Source: Promethearchaeota archaeon
Lineage (GTDB): Archaea > Asgardarchaeota > Lokiarchaeia > Sigyniarchaeales > SOKP01
Direction of reading: 5' to 3'
Length of the DNA stretch: 64,000 nucleotides
Assembly (NCBI GenBank): GCA_016840085.1
Contig: JAEOTA010000012.1
Coordinates: 1-64,000 of the forward strand
Part shown: positions 53,099 through 63,227 of the stretch, piece by piece
Position numbering within the stretch: the stretch's first letter is position 1
Layout of the letters: every line of letters begins with the position of its first letter
Translations under genes and position numbers: made by a program
The notes under the pieces: generated by a model
The model's input: only the letters and a program-made list of their open reading frames with translations
The model's database searches: none
Told to the model about the DNA's origin: nothing

Positions 53099-53938
53099 TT
53101 AAATTTCAACTAAACTACTATTTAAATAAGTCGGAATTATGGTTATTAGATTATTTCTCAAATATATTACTTTTAATGATGTTAAATTTTTAATTGATGC
53201 AGGAAGTGTTTTAAGCTTATTTTTCTCTAAAAATAAGATCTCAAGATTAGATAAATTTCCAATTGCGTCTGTTAGCTCTTGCAAGTGATTATCGTCTAAA
53301 TATAATTTTTTTAAAGAAGTTAGATTTGCTATTAATTTAGGAATATGCCTCAATCTATTGTGATCAAGACTAAGAGATTCAAGATCTTTTAATCCAAAAA
53401 TTGGTTCTGGAATAGAACTAAGACCACAACTATCCAAATTGATATGTTTTACTGAACAAATTTTCCCAGAATCAACGTAATCCCAAAACTGGTCAAGACC
53501 GATAACTCCATGAATAAAGTCCTCGTCATTAGTATTCTTAAGACGTACTAAGTGTAATTTTACACCCGGTTTATGAGCTCGAATCTTATCCCGTAAATCT
53601 TTAAGATAAAACTTTCTCTCTCTTACAAATCTTTTGTCCCATAACCCTTTCTCATGCTCCCATTTTGAAGCGTCAATTATTTTGGTCGTTAAATCATCAG
53701 GGAGAACAGATCCAGTTAAAAGAATAAAATAACCAAGAACAAGGTAAGTCTTCCTTCTTGAAGATCGTCTTTCAACTATTTTCATGATTTTATCGAAACT
53801 ATCTTCAAAAATATCCCTAGTTAATACTCTATCATCATTATGATAGTCTTTTAGATTTATCCCACATGCTTTTATGAAAAAAGATGCAAGGTCGGATTCT
53901 TCGTCTCCTTCCATAATTTCAGCTGTTAATTTTGCCAT
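53099..53938 (-). CDS. Leucine-rich repeat protein
   Basis: About five 23-aa repeats LxxLxLxxNxLxxIPxxIxxL at the C-terminus. Confidence 0.9.
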   Translation of the reverse strand: MAKLTAEIMEGDEESDLASFFIKACGINLKDYHNDDRVLTRDIFEDSFDKIMKIVERRSSRRKTYLVLGYFILLTGSVLPDDLTTKIIDASKWEHEKGLWDKRFVRERKFYLKDLRDKIRAHKPGVKLHLVRLKNTNDEDFIHGVIGLDQFWDYVDSGKICSVKHINLDSCGLSSIPEPIFGLKDLESLSLDHNRLRHIPKLIANLTSLKKLYLDDNHLQELTDAIGNLSNLEILFLEKNKLKTLPASIKNLTSLKVIYLRNNLITIIPTYLNSSLVEI

Positions 53939-54010
53939 AAAAACAACTATAAAATTTTCCTCATTATCAAAATAAAAAAATAAATATTTAAATAGTACAC
54001 ATATTATATT

Positions 54011-54367
54011 TCATTTCCCTAAAAAGTGACTTGTATAAAAGAGCTTAGCTTCATCAAATGTCATACCATCAAACAGATCACTCATTATTTCATCAATTTT
54101 GTTATAAATTTTATAAGTATTTATAGTACTCTCTGAATAACCAAGGTCTCGTAATAAATCTTCAGCAGTATCGCTCTCGATTATTAATCTTTTTGCTCTT
54201 GGTTTATCAAATAACTCAAGTTTTTCAACTCTAATTCCACGCATATTTTTCTCAACAAATCTTTCAACATTCCATTGGTCTACATCTAACTGATCAGCAA
54301 GTTGAATCGTTGTAATAAATCCTTTACTGATATAGGACGAAATTAATGATTTTAGATTTTTGAAAGC
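54011..54367 (-). pseudogene. 5'-truncated HTH-containing gene fragment
   Basis: The frame stays open 41 codons upstream of the listed ATG and includes TTIQLADQLDVDQWNVERFV, but has no canonical start before the in-frame TGA at 54370-54368. Confidence 0.5.
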
Positions 54368-54581
54368 TCATGCACAGTTAGAAGAGACCTATTTTCATAT
54401 TACTGAAACTTACACTTTAGATGATTTTTTACCATTAGCAAAAGCCAAATGTAATAATTGTGGTTATTTTATTATTCAATTGGACAGTTATAATTATTAT
54501 TTAGATAAAGGCGAGTGTCCTAAGTGTTTTTCCAATACCTATTTCAAAATAAATGATGGAAAAAAGGAGATGGTGAACTAA
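54360..54581 (+). CDS. Zinc-finger ORF, probably a 5'-truncated fragment
   Basis: CNNCG...CPKC; no SD or promoter space; abuts the divergent fragment. Confidence 0.5.
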   Translation: MKAHAQLEETYFHITETYTLDDFLPLAKAKCNNCGYFIIQLDSYNYYLDKGECPKCFSNTYFKINDGKKEMVN

Positions 54582-54761
54582 ATGGGATATGAGGGGAGAT
54601 GAAATAATTCTGAAAGAGTTTGCTGTTCAGCCGATTCAATTGAAGCCGTACTTAGCTGTATCTTATCCATGACCACAGGAAAAGGAAAGGTCTTTATCTA
54701 CGAATTTGGCAAGGATGGGAAAATATCGAAATTGCGTAAAATAATCACCATTACAGATTAA
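54582..54761 (+). pseudogene. Probable decayed small ORF (broken frames)
   Basis: GGTGA + ATG GGA TAT GAG GGG AGA TGA; removing one G gives MGYEGDEIILKEFAVQP...; a second short frame MTTGKGKVFIYEFGKDG... follows. Confidence 0.35.
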
Positions 54762-54779
54762 AATAATGAGGGAAAAATA

Positions 54780-54944
54780 ATGAATAGTAATGATATGGAA
54801 TGGTTGAATAGTTTTAGGAAAGAAATATATGTTGAATTCGATCAATGTGGGAATGATCGTCAAAAATTAGAAAAGGTTGCGTCAACGTTAGATGTTATTG
54901 ATCACATAATCAATCATTTTAAGGCAAAATATAATTTAAAATAA
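54780..54944 (+). CDS. Small 54-aa hypothetical protein
   Basis: MNSNDMEWLNSFRKEIYVEFDQCGNDRQKLEKVASTLDVIDHIINHFKAKYNLK; GAGG upstream. Confidence 0.5.
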   Translation: MNSNDMEWLNSFRKEIYVEFDQCGNDRQKLEKVASTLDVIDHIINHFKAKYNLK

Positions 54945-55134
54945 AGTTTATTCTTTAAATTCTAATCAAATCATTAATATAATATTACCTTCTAATTTTT
55001 TTTTCTTTATTTTTGTTTCTTCTTCCGATTAGTATTGATTGGGTTTAATTCTTATTTAGTTATAAGTACCATCTAGCGAGGATTGAACGAAAATTAAAAA
55101 ATCTCACACCCATTTTCATTTATTACTTTTTTTT

Positions 55135-56580
55135 CTAGGTAATCATGTTTTTGTATTTTTCAAGGTCTATATTATATAAAAAAGGTTTAAGATGGTTGTC
55201 CATTAAAACTCTCCGAATAGGTTCAAGTTCAGGATTATTAACAACGTTTTTTAATTCATTCGGGTCATTTTTTAGGTCAAATAGTTCGACAGGTTTTTGA
55301 GTATCACTTTTAACTGTTAATTTATAACGTTCATTTCGAACCATCGAATATCCATATACTTCGCTAAAAATAACTTCCTTAATCTTTTGAGCATTAGGAT
55401 CATTAGGACCATTTTTAATTGTTGGTAAATTTGAAATTCCATTATTTTTCGTTAAAGGTTTTGCATCAGCAATCTCAATCAATGATGCGGCTATATCAAG
55501 ATGATCTGTTAATCCTTGGCATTCCCAACCTTTAATACCTCCAGGAGGTCTAATTATTAAGGGAATTCGTAAAGCTCCTTCATAAAACACTATTTTATGA
55601 CTCATCATATGGTCTCCAAGCATTTCACCATGATCAGAATTATAAATTATCCACGTATTATGTGATAAACCTTTTTCTTCGACAGCTTTGAGAATTTTTC
55701 CTATATATTCGTCGATAAGGCTAATTTTCCCATAATAATAAGTTCGTAAGAGTTGACATTGTTCTTGTCTCATATCATGCAATCCACTCCAAGCTAATAC
55801 CATTTTTACGTAAGAGGGTAGAGGTTTCTGAGGCCATTTAAATATTCCTAATGGCATTTCCTCCGATTTATACATATCTCTATATTTTTGGGGTGAATCG
55901 AATGGATCGTGAGGACCTGGAAAAAGTATTTGAAGGTAAAAGGGCTTTTTTTTAGTATAATTACTTATCCATTCTACTGCGGTACGACCTGTATAACTAT
56001 CTAGATGATCTTCATCAGGAAGTGGGCATGGTGCTAATTCCCAATGTTTACCAGTTCCTCTCGCCCATCCTTTCCAATAATCTACCATATATCTTCTATG
56101 AATTCTTAACAATCCTTTTTTTTCAAGATAATCTGTATATGGTGAATTATGTCTAATTGTCGCAAGAGGTCCAGTAAGTTCATGGATACCTAAAAAACCC
56201 CAATTCTTTAAATCATCCTTTCTTTCATTCGTATGATTCCAATCCTTTCCTTTCGCACCATGAACATAAAGATGGGTTTTACCAATTACGGCAGTATGAT
56301 ATCCTGCATCCCGAATATTACGAACATGACTTCGGCTTAAAGGAGAAGCTTCATTGTTGTTTGTCCAAATACCATGTTCACAGACATATTGACCCATCAT
56401 CATCGAAGCTCTTGCTGGCATACAAAGTGGTGAGTTTGTACAACAATTAGTAAAGTTAACACCTTCAGAAGCTAATTTATCTAAATTAGGAGTAATTACA
56501 GATGGATGCCCAACACATCCAAGTGTGTCACCGCGGTGTTGGTCTGAAAAAATATATATTATATTTGGTTTTTCTGCCAT
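55135..56580 (-). CDS. Sulfatase (formylglycine-dependent)
   Basis: PNIIYIFSDQHR, CMPAR (CxPxR), GKTH, PHDP, SDHGEMLGDH. Confidence 0.93.
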   Translation of the reverse strand: MAEKPNIIYIFSDQHRGDTLGCVGHPSVITPNLDKLASEGVNFTNCCTNSPLCMPARASMMMGQYVCEHGIWTNNNEASPLSRSHVRNIRDAGYHTAVIGKTHLYVHGAKGKDWNHTNERKDDLKNWGFLGIHELTGPLATIRHNSPYTDYLEKKGLLRIHRRYMVDYWKGWARGTGKHWELAPCPLPDEDHLDSYTGRTAVEWISNYTKKKPFYLQILFPGPHDPFDSPQKYRDMYKSEEMPLGIFKWPQKPLPSYVKMVLAWSGLHDMRQEQCQLLRTYYYGKISLIDEYIGKILKAVEEKGLSHNTWIIYNSDHGEMLGDHMMSHKIVFYEGALRIPLIIRPPGGIKGWECQGLTDHLDIAASLIEIADAKPLTKNNGISNLPTIKNGPNDPNAQKIKEVIFSEVYGYSMVRNERYKLTVKSDTQKPVELFDLKNDPNELKNVVNNPELEPIRRVLMDNHLKPFLYNIDLEKYKNMIT

Positions 56581-56767
56581 ATATTAAAACTCTGTATAAA
56601 TTACTTTATAATGATTATAATTAATCTATTTAAATATTTAAATCCAAGAAAAGAAATTATGTAAATGAAAAATTTTATTTTAAACCTAAAATTATCTATT
56701 GTATCATATATCGATGATTTATGAAAATATATATTAGAATTAATATATTTGAAGGAGATGATTTAAA

Positions 56768-57136
56768 ATTTCATATATTAAAATTCAGATTCCTGATAAA
56801 TTGAAAAATCAAATAAAGAATGCTCTAAACACCATAGCAGAGACCAGAGATTCTAAGATTAGAAAAGGAATGAATGAAGTGACAAAATCCATTGAACGAG
56901 TCCAAGCAAAATTTGTTGTGATGGCAGAAGATGTCAGTCCTCCAGAGATTCTCTTCCATATTCCCCTCTTATGTGAGGAAAAGGGGATTCCATACGGTTA
57001 TGTCTCAGGCAAAAAGGAATTAGGAAATTCTGTAAGAATAAACGTTTCTTCTAGTGCTATCGCAATTGAACACGTAGGAACAGGGAATGAAGGAGTCTTA
57101 GATGATGTAATTAAAAAGTTAAAAGAAATAAAATAA
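56768..57136 (+). CDS. rpl7ae: 50S ribosomal protein L7Ae; probable ATT start 11 codons upstream of the listed TTG
   Basis: KGMNEVTKSIER, AEDVSPPEI, LCEEKGIPY; upstream in-frame SYIKIQIPDKL matches the L7Ae N-terminus (SYVKFEVP type). Confidence 0.92.
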   Translation: MSYIKIQIPDKLKNQIKNALNTIAETRDSKIRKGMNEVTKSIERVQAKFVVMAEDVSPPEILFHIPLLCEEKGIPYGYVSGKKELGNSVRINVSSSAIAIEHVGTGNEGVLDDVIKKLKEIK

Positions 57137-57150
57137 TGTGGTGAAGTTAT

Positions 57151-57396
57151 GTGGTTAAACTTGATAAGTCTAAAGGAGTTGTTGTTCAAGATAAATCCAT
57201 TCCTGCCCAAGTAATACAAATTATTGGCCGAACTGGTCTCACAGGTGAAATTACACAAATAAAAGTTCGAATTTTAGAAGGACCAGATAAGAATCGAATC
57301 TTGACAAGGAATGTAAAAGGTCCTATTAGAATAAATGATATTGTAATTTTGAGGGAAGTTGAAAGAGAAGCTCGAAAGATTCGAGGGCGTCGATGA
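57151..57396 (+). CDS. rps28e: 30S ribosomal protein S28e
   Basis: [33 protein letters not shown]. Confidence 0.95.
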   Translation: MVKLDKSKGVVVQDKSIPAQVIQIIGRTGLTGEITQIKVRILEGPDKNRILTRNVKGPIRINDIVILREVEREARKIRGRR

Positions 57397-57646
57397 AATT
57401 AAAGGGATTGACGATTTTATAGACGTTACTAATGTTATTTCTTATTTTATATTGAATTAATTAACAATTCCTTATTTTCTGACTAATTTTTCTAATATTT
57501 TTTTAAATATTTTTTTTTCTCAAATTTCAAAAGGTGTGAAAACATTTAAATAGTATGTTTTTCATATAATGTTTAGAGTTCATAAAGTTTGAAATTTAGA
57601 AAAGATTGGTGAAAAAAAAATTTTCTCAAAAAATCAAACAACTGTC

Positions 57647-59377
57647 TTGGAAGAAAGAGAAGAATTCATCATAATTGATAAGATAACTCGTAAAGAGCAC
57701 CGTCATCTTAGAAAATTATTAATTTTTATTATAATACTTATAATTTCTCTAACTTGTTTACAATTTAATAAAGCTCAAAGTTATAATAATTATGAAAGAG
57801 TTCAATTTAAATCCGCTGGAGCTACTCTCTATGCTAATTTATATTATCCATCGAAAACTTTAACATTTCAAGAAAAACACCCATTAATTATTTATTGTCA
57901 TGGAATTGGGAGCAAAAGGGACTTTGATCTTAGAATTCCATTAGAATTTTTAAAAAGGGGTTTTTATGTAGCGGCACTTGATTATCAAGGTCATGGTGAA
58001 AGTGGAGGAAATATTAATAATATTGACCCTATTACAGGTATTCCCGCTTTAGCTCAAGATTGTTCAAAATTATTAGATAAACTAGAGACAATGCCCTTTT
58101 ATTCAGAAATAGAAAAAAACCAAATTGGTTTAATTGGACATTCGCTAGGTGGAATGGTTGTCCTTATGAATCAAGCTTTAGATTCCCGTTTTAAAGTTTC
58201 AATAGGATTAGCTCCTTTAGTAAAGTTTGAACCACCTAGATTTGGATTTGTCTATAATAAAAATTTCTTGAATTATATTCCTGCTAATTTGTTAAATGGA
58301 GAAAACACTCATAATTTACTAATAATTCATCATGAAAATGATGAGATCTTAGATTTTACTGAAAATGCCCTAAAAGCCCAAGAATTAACAAATTGTACTC
58401 TAATTCCAATTAAAGGATTTTTGATTGGTGGAGCACACCAATTATATTCTGATAAAGTGCTTGTAAAATCAATTAATTGGTTTGAACAACATTTTTTTAA
58501 CTCCGAAATTTTAAACGGTCGAATATACATTACATTCTACTGGAATTATTTTTTAATTATATTTAATATTGCTTTTTTGCTTATAACCGTTATATGTCTT
58601 ACGTCTGTATCAAGCAGTATTTTTTTTAAAAAAGAACGTGAATTTGAAGAGTCAGAATTTAGCGATTATCGTATAGAAACAACCCGTTTTGATAAAAAGA
58701 GACAAATCTTTAAAGTATCTCTCTCTATCGGTGCATTTCTTCTTAATTGGGTAATATTTGAAAGAATTTTTGGATTGGTTGGGATTATTTTTGCTTCATT
58801 AAATATGATTTTTATTTATACACTTATTAAACTAATATTATATATTAAAAAACATAAGTCTATAAGGATAAAACATAGTTTAATCAAAATTGTAAAATCA
58901 CAGCTAAAACTAAAATATATAATCTTTATTTGTATAAGTTCCGCATATTTCATAGCTATTTACATGATCTTTTCATTCTATTATCCATTTGGTTTTATTT
59001 GGCCTTCTAATTTCGTTGTTCATTTTGCTTTAGGATACTTAATTTTCCCGGTATTTTTATCAATAGAAATTTTCTTTAGAAAAATCTTATATCCACAATT
59101 AAATTTCTTAAAATCGAAGGGCTCAAAAACAAAAGTAATCATAACCACAATGGTTTTAGTTCTAATAAGCTTAATGTTTTTAACTAAACGGTTGTCATAT
59201 TTTCCTTCCTTATTATTCACATATCTGATATTTGCAATGGTAATAATTCAAAACGAAAAATTATTTGAAAATATGAAAAATTTTTATCCTGTTGTAATAA
59301 TCTCATTTAGTATCGTTCAAATCTTCTTTGCGGCAGTGATTTCCAATGCAATTGGCATTAGTTTAAGCCTAAACTAA
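57647..59377 (+). CDS. Alpha/beta hydrolase with a C-terminal multi-TM domain
   Basis: HGIG, DYQGHGES, GHSLGG nucleophile elbow; many TM helices downstream. Confidence 0.85.
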   Translation: MEEREEFIIIDKITRKEHRHLRKLLIFIIILIISLTCLQFNKAQSYNNYERVQFKSAGATLYANLYYPSKTLTFQEKHPLIIYCHGIGSKRDFDLRIPLEFLKRGFYVAALDYQGHGESGGNINNIDPITGIPALAQDCSKLLDKLETMPFYSEIEKNQIGLIGHSLGGMVVLMNQALDSRFKVSIGLAPLVKFEPPRFGFVYNKNFLNYIPANLLNGENTHNLLIIHHENDEILDFTENALKAQELTNCTLIPIKGFLIGGAHQLYSDKVLVKSINWFEQHFFNSEILNGRIYITFYWNYFLIIFNIAFLLITVICLTSVSSSIFFKKEREFEESEFSDYRIETTRFDKKRQIFKVSLSIGAFLLNWVIFERIFGLVGIIFASLNMIFIYTLIKLILYIKKHKSIRIKHSLIKIVKSQLKLKYIIFICISSAYFIAIYMIFSFYYPFGFIWPSNFVVHFALGYLIFPVFLSIEIFFRKILYPQLNFLKSKGSKTKVIITTMVLVLISLMFLTKRLSYFPSLLFTYLIFAMVIIQNEKLFENMKNFYPVVIISFSIVQIFFAAVISNAIGISLSLN

Positions 59378-59447
59378 TATTTTAGTTTTAAAATAAATTT
59401 AACTTTAAAAATCTTTCATGATCATGAAATCTGTGACAATTAAAAGA

Positions 59448-60041
59448 TTATTTTTTCTTTTCTAATAATTTACTTAATTCTGCTATTAACCAGCAAAGCT
59501 CATCATATGTAGAAGAGGATTTATAAATTTCTTGAGTTTTTTTCTTAATCTCGTTTTCTGAAACTTTTTTTTTTCCTTTTAAAAAATTTAATTGTAATTT
59601 TGCTAGCTTTCGGCATAAATCTTCATAAGTGTTTTTTTGTTGAGCTAAATTATGAACTGTTATAGTTATTTCAGCTTCAAAATCAGGATCTATTCCAGCA
59701 TCGATAAGTTCCATTGTATCTTCAATATCTATTTCTAATTCGGGTCTCTTATCAATAGAAGCATTTGGTGTTAAACCTTTCTTCAATATATCCATAATTG
59801 CTAAGAATGAGCCATATTCTTGACTCTGATCCATAATCTGAATTTCAACATTTTTTTCTCGCTCATTCTTTAACTTTTCTGCCCTTTTTACACTTAAATC
59901 TTTCTTTTTTTTAGAAGCTTTTACACCAAACCATAAATAGAGATTTCTGAAATCATCAATTAAATACACTTTATTTTCGTTGAAATCAATTTTAGAAACT
60001 TTTCTTAAAGCTCCGTTTTCAGTTACATTAAAAAAAAGCAT
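59448..60041 (-). CDS. Gelsolin-domain protein with a helical C-terminal domain
   Basis: KVYLIDDFRNLYLWFGVKAS...AEKL...IMDQSQEYGSF is a gelsolin repeat; C-terminal repeat TYEDLCRKLA / TYDELCWLIA. Confidence 0.8.
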   Translation of the reverse strand: MLFFNVTENGALRKVSKIDFNENKVYLIDDFRNLYLWFGVKASKKKKDLSVKRAEKLKNEREKNVEIQIMDQSQEYGSFLAIMDILKKGLTPNASIDKRPELEIDIEDTMELIDAGIDPDFEAEITITVHNLAQQKNTYEDLCRKLAKLQLNFLKGKKKVSENEIKKKTQEIYKSSSTYDELCWLIAELSKLLEKKK

Positions 60042-60186
60042 AATTTTTCTTTATTTAATCCTTAATCCAATATAGTAAAACTAAGTAAATTAATATTTTA
60101 AATTTTAACTAAAACCTAAATTTGAATTATTGTGATATTATTTTAGCATAATAAAAAGAAATCTAAATTAGTTAAGGAGTTATCTA

Positions 60187-60396
60187 TTAAATATCCTCCT
60201 CAAAATACCCTAATAACTTCAAATTTTCATATTCGTTATGTAAAAAATCTCTAACAGCATTTCTTATCGCTTCAGATCTACTTGGAACAAGATGCATTTT
60301 TATTAATTTTTGAATATTTTTGTCATAGATTTCTGGGATATTAATGGTAATATTGACCATCTTGTTTATTTTTTTTTTTTGTTTATTCTCTGCCAT
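60187..60396 (-). CDS. Ribbon-helix-helix (CopG-like) protein
   Basis: NITINIP...IQKLI...SRSEAIRNAVRDFL. Confidence 0.85.
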   Translation of the reverse strand: MAENKQKKKINKMVNITINIPEIYDKNIQKLIKMHLVPSRSEAIRNAVRDFLHNEYENLKLLGYFEEDI

Positions 60397-60679
60397 TTAG
60401 CTAGCTCCAAGTGATTTGATTTTTTGTTATTTTATATTTGGAGACAGAAAAGTGAAATATTATCGCAGATATATTCTTTTCCCTTAATCTATTCACTCTT
60501 TTCTAACATTAAATTATAAGAATCTTGAGTATTAATAATTAACTATTAATGGAAATAATTTTGATTGTTTAATTATTTAGATGAACATTTTGCATGAGTA
60601 ATTAATAGGGTGATTGAAAATATTTTATTACACTCATAGAAATTCGTTTAGATTGATAGACTCTTTAGAGTTAGAACAA

Positions 60680-61354
60680 CTATAATCTATCTTCTGAACT
60701 CACATACCTACCACGAGACTCAATAACATCAATATTTTTAATAATCTCATTACATTCATTTGGATTATACTGTTGATACTCTGAGCTATATCCTTCGAGG
60801 AAAGCTTTAAAACAAATCTCATAATCGCTACCGTGGGAAGAAATTAAAACTCTTTTCAAGAGATGCAGATCAACACTTTTGTCTTCAATCATATCAGAAT
60901 ACTCATGCAACCCAAAATCTATTAAAAAAATATCTTCATTATTAGTAATTATAATATTACTTGTAGTTATATCACCATGAACATGTCCATTTTTATGTAA
61001 TAGAGCAATTATATGTCCTATTTTTTTAAAATAGTGTCTTTTTTTAAAATCATCCAATCTAGTTAAAATATCTTTTAATTTGTTACCTTGAATATATTTC
61101 ATAACAATTGTGGAATTATTTGGGTCAATTTCAAATACTTGTGGGACGTTTATTCCGTAATTTTTAACTTTTATTAACGCTCGAGCTTCATTTAAAGTTC
61201 TTGTAGTTCTAATTATCTTATCAAGTTCTTCAATCCGATATTTTTTAGGGATTCTATATTTAAAAATCACTTCTTTATCAAACCAATACCCATAATAAAG
61301 ATTTGCCTCAGCACCTTTTCTTACGATTTTTTCCCTAATCACATCAGAACTCAA
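60680..61354 (-). CDS. bud32: KEOPS kinase Bud32
   Basis: KGAEA, KYRIPKKYR, HGDITTSN, LIDFGL, RGRY. Confidence 0.95.
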   Translation of the reverse strand: MSSDVIREKIVRKGAEANLYYGYWFDKEVIFKYRIPKKYRIEELDKIIRTTRTLNEARALIKVKNYGINVPQVFEIDPNNSTIVMKYIQGNKLKDILTRLDDFKKRHYFKKIGHIIALLHKNGHVHGDITTSNIIITNNEDIFLIDFGLHEYSDMIEDKSVDLHLLKRVLISSHGSDYEICFKAFLEGYSSEYQQYNPNECNEIIKNIDVIESRGRYVSSEDRL

Positions 61355-61360
61355 ATTAAT

Positions 61361-62365
61361 TTAAAACCTCCACGGGATTGATATCTGATCCATTCTTTTC
61401 TTGGGTTTAATAATTGTGTCAGAAATATTATGCCCGTCCTCAGCTTGATATCTTAAAACACCTGTCCATGCGATCATTGCGCCATTATCACCTGCATATC
61501 TCAATGGTACGACTTCAAACCTTGCATTATGCTCCTTACTGATATATTCTATCATGGATTGTAATCTTTTATTTGCAGCAACACCGCCAGTTAAAAGAAC
61601 TTCTTTTTTTTCAGTATGTGCTAAAGCTCTTTCGGTAACTTCAGTTAACATTGCAAAAGCCGTCTCCTGTAAGGAATAGGCTACATCATTTAAATTATAT
61701 TTTTTATCATATTCATCAGATTGCAGCAGATATTTTGCTGCTGTGTACAGTCCAGAAAAAGATAAATCCATACCTTTTACAACATAAGGTAATTGGATAT
61801 AATTCTTAGATTCTAACGCTAATTTTTCTATTTTTGGACCACCAGGATGTTGCAATCCGGCATCTCTAGCAAAAGAGTCAATCATATTACCCACTGCTAA
61901 ATCAAGTGTTTCTCCAAAAATTTGATATCGACTAGATTCATAGGCACTTACAATAGTATTCCCGCCTGAAACATAAAGAGTAAGCGGATCTTTAACTTTA
62001 CACATTAATCTACCAATTTCTATGTGTGCAATACAGTGATTAATTCCAACAATCGGGATATTTAAGAGTTGGCTTAGCATCCGAGCTATTAATGCGCCTA
62101 TTTTTAAAATAGGTCCCAAACCAGGACTTTGACTAAAAGCTATTAGACTAATATCTTTTATTGAGATATTTGCCTCTAATAGAGCTTTATTTATAATCTC
62201 CTTAAAATTCGCCATGTGTTGTTCTCTTACTAAGGCAGGATGTAAGCCCCCCTTTTCAGGAATAAAAGTATCGTTTATGAGACTATATACATTTCCTTCA
62301 AAATCAATTATTCCTACTCCCCATGTATGAGCTGTACTCTCTATACCCAAACACAATTCTTTCAT
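61361..62365 (-). CDS. kae1: KEOPS t6A synthase Kae1
   Basis: GIESTAH, NHCIAHIE, YVSGGNT, VKGMDLSFSG, DNGAMIA. Confidence 0.96.
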   Translation of the reverse strand: MKELCLGIESTAHTWGVGIIDFEGNVYSLINDTFIPEKGGLHPALVREQHMANFKEIINKALLEANISIKDISLIAFSQSPGLGPILKIGALIARMLSQLLNIPIVGINHCIAHIEIGRLMCKVKDPLTLYVSGGNTIVSAYESSRYQIFGETLDLAVGNMIDSFARDAGLQHPGGPKIEKLALESKNYIQLPYVVKGMDLSFSGLYTAAKYLLQSDEYDKKYNLNDVAYSLQETAFAMLTEVTERALAHTEKKEVLLTGGVAANKRLQSMIEYISKEHNARFEVVPLRYAGDNGAMIAWTGVLRYQAEDGHNISDTIIKPKKRMDQISIPWRF

Positions 62366-62481
62366 TTATTTTGCCATAAAATTCTTTTATTGACTTAATA
62401 TCTTTTAATAAGAAAAAATTATGTAGAGAAAGAATAGTAGTAGCTATCGAATTTGCCTTTCTTTATCGAATAAGATTTTTT

Positions 62482-62697
62482 TTAGGTTTCCCTTGATTTT
62501 GTGCGCTTTCGAGGGGCCCTTCTAGCTGTTTTTCCTTTTGCAGCTCCTTTTCGTTTAAACACTGTATAGCCACATTTTCCACAACTCCACCGATCATAAT
62601 GATTTGCAAGGAAAAAACTCGGCCCACACTTAGGACAAGATCGATGAGTCCTTATTAATTTATCTCCTTCCAATTTATAATAATCTGATGCTCCCAT
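62482..62697 (-). CDS. rps27ae: 30S ribosomal protein S27ae
   Basis: CPKCGPSFFLANHYDRWSCGKCGYT. Confidence 0.95.
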   Translation of the reverse strand: MGASDYYKLEGDKLIRTHRSCPKCGPSFFLANHYDRWSCGKCGYTVFKRKGAAKGKTARRAPRKRTKSRET

Positions 62698-62720
62698 GTT
62701 TATATTTACTATATTTAATT

Positions 62721-63074
62721 TTAATATTCAAAAAGATGTTTATAAGGTTCTTTTCTCTTTTTTAATTGATATATTTCAGTTCTCTTATCTTTCTCAAGAT
62801 TACGTACTTGAATATGGAATGGTTCAAAATATTTTAAATCTTTTGAGTTTTCATATATAAAGGCTTTTCCAGCAGTATAGAATGCACCAAAATGAGTATC
62901 AAGTTTTCGTATTATAGTTAATTTTTCTTCCACACCCTGCATGGCTGCAATCTTTTTTTTTACTTCTAATCTATTTGGAGTACTTTCTCCAAAATGATCG
63001 ATTCTAAATTTTAATTCTACTCTATCTATTAAGGGATTTTTCTTTTCCTCAATAACCTCAATATTAATTGACAT
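62721..63074 (-). CDS. rps24e: 30S ribosomal protein S24e
   Basis: NPLIDRVE, STPNR, THFG, conserved position before S27ae. Confidence 0.93.
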   Translation of the reverse strand: MSINIEVIEEKKNPLIDRVELKFRIDHFGESTPNRLEVKKKIAAMQGVEEKLTIIRKLDTHFGAFYTAGKAFIYENSKDLKYFEPFHIQVRNLEKDKRTEIYQLKKRKEPYKHLFEY

Positions 63075-63227
63075 TTTGAACCTTTTAATTTTTATTTGCT
63101 TGATAATTTGAGCTATTCTGTAGATAATTTCTGAACTATAAATTTCAAAAGAATAGATAAAAAATAAAATTTTGCTTTTTACTGAAGGTTAGAATTAGAT
63201 CATTGAGAATAAAATATATCAAAATAT

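Noticed and set aside
56718-56764. Possible L7Ae autoregulatory kink-turn in the rpl7ae leader (AAATATAT/ATATATTT hairpin flanked by GA steps)
   Set aside because: The stem is all A-U and the bulge/G.A register is non-canonical; cannot be supported by eye
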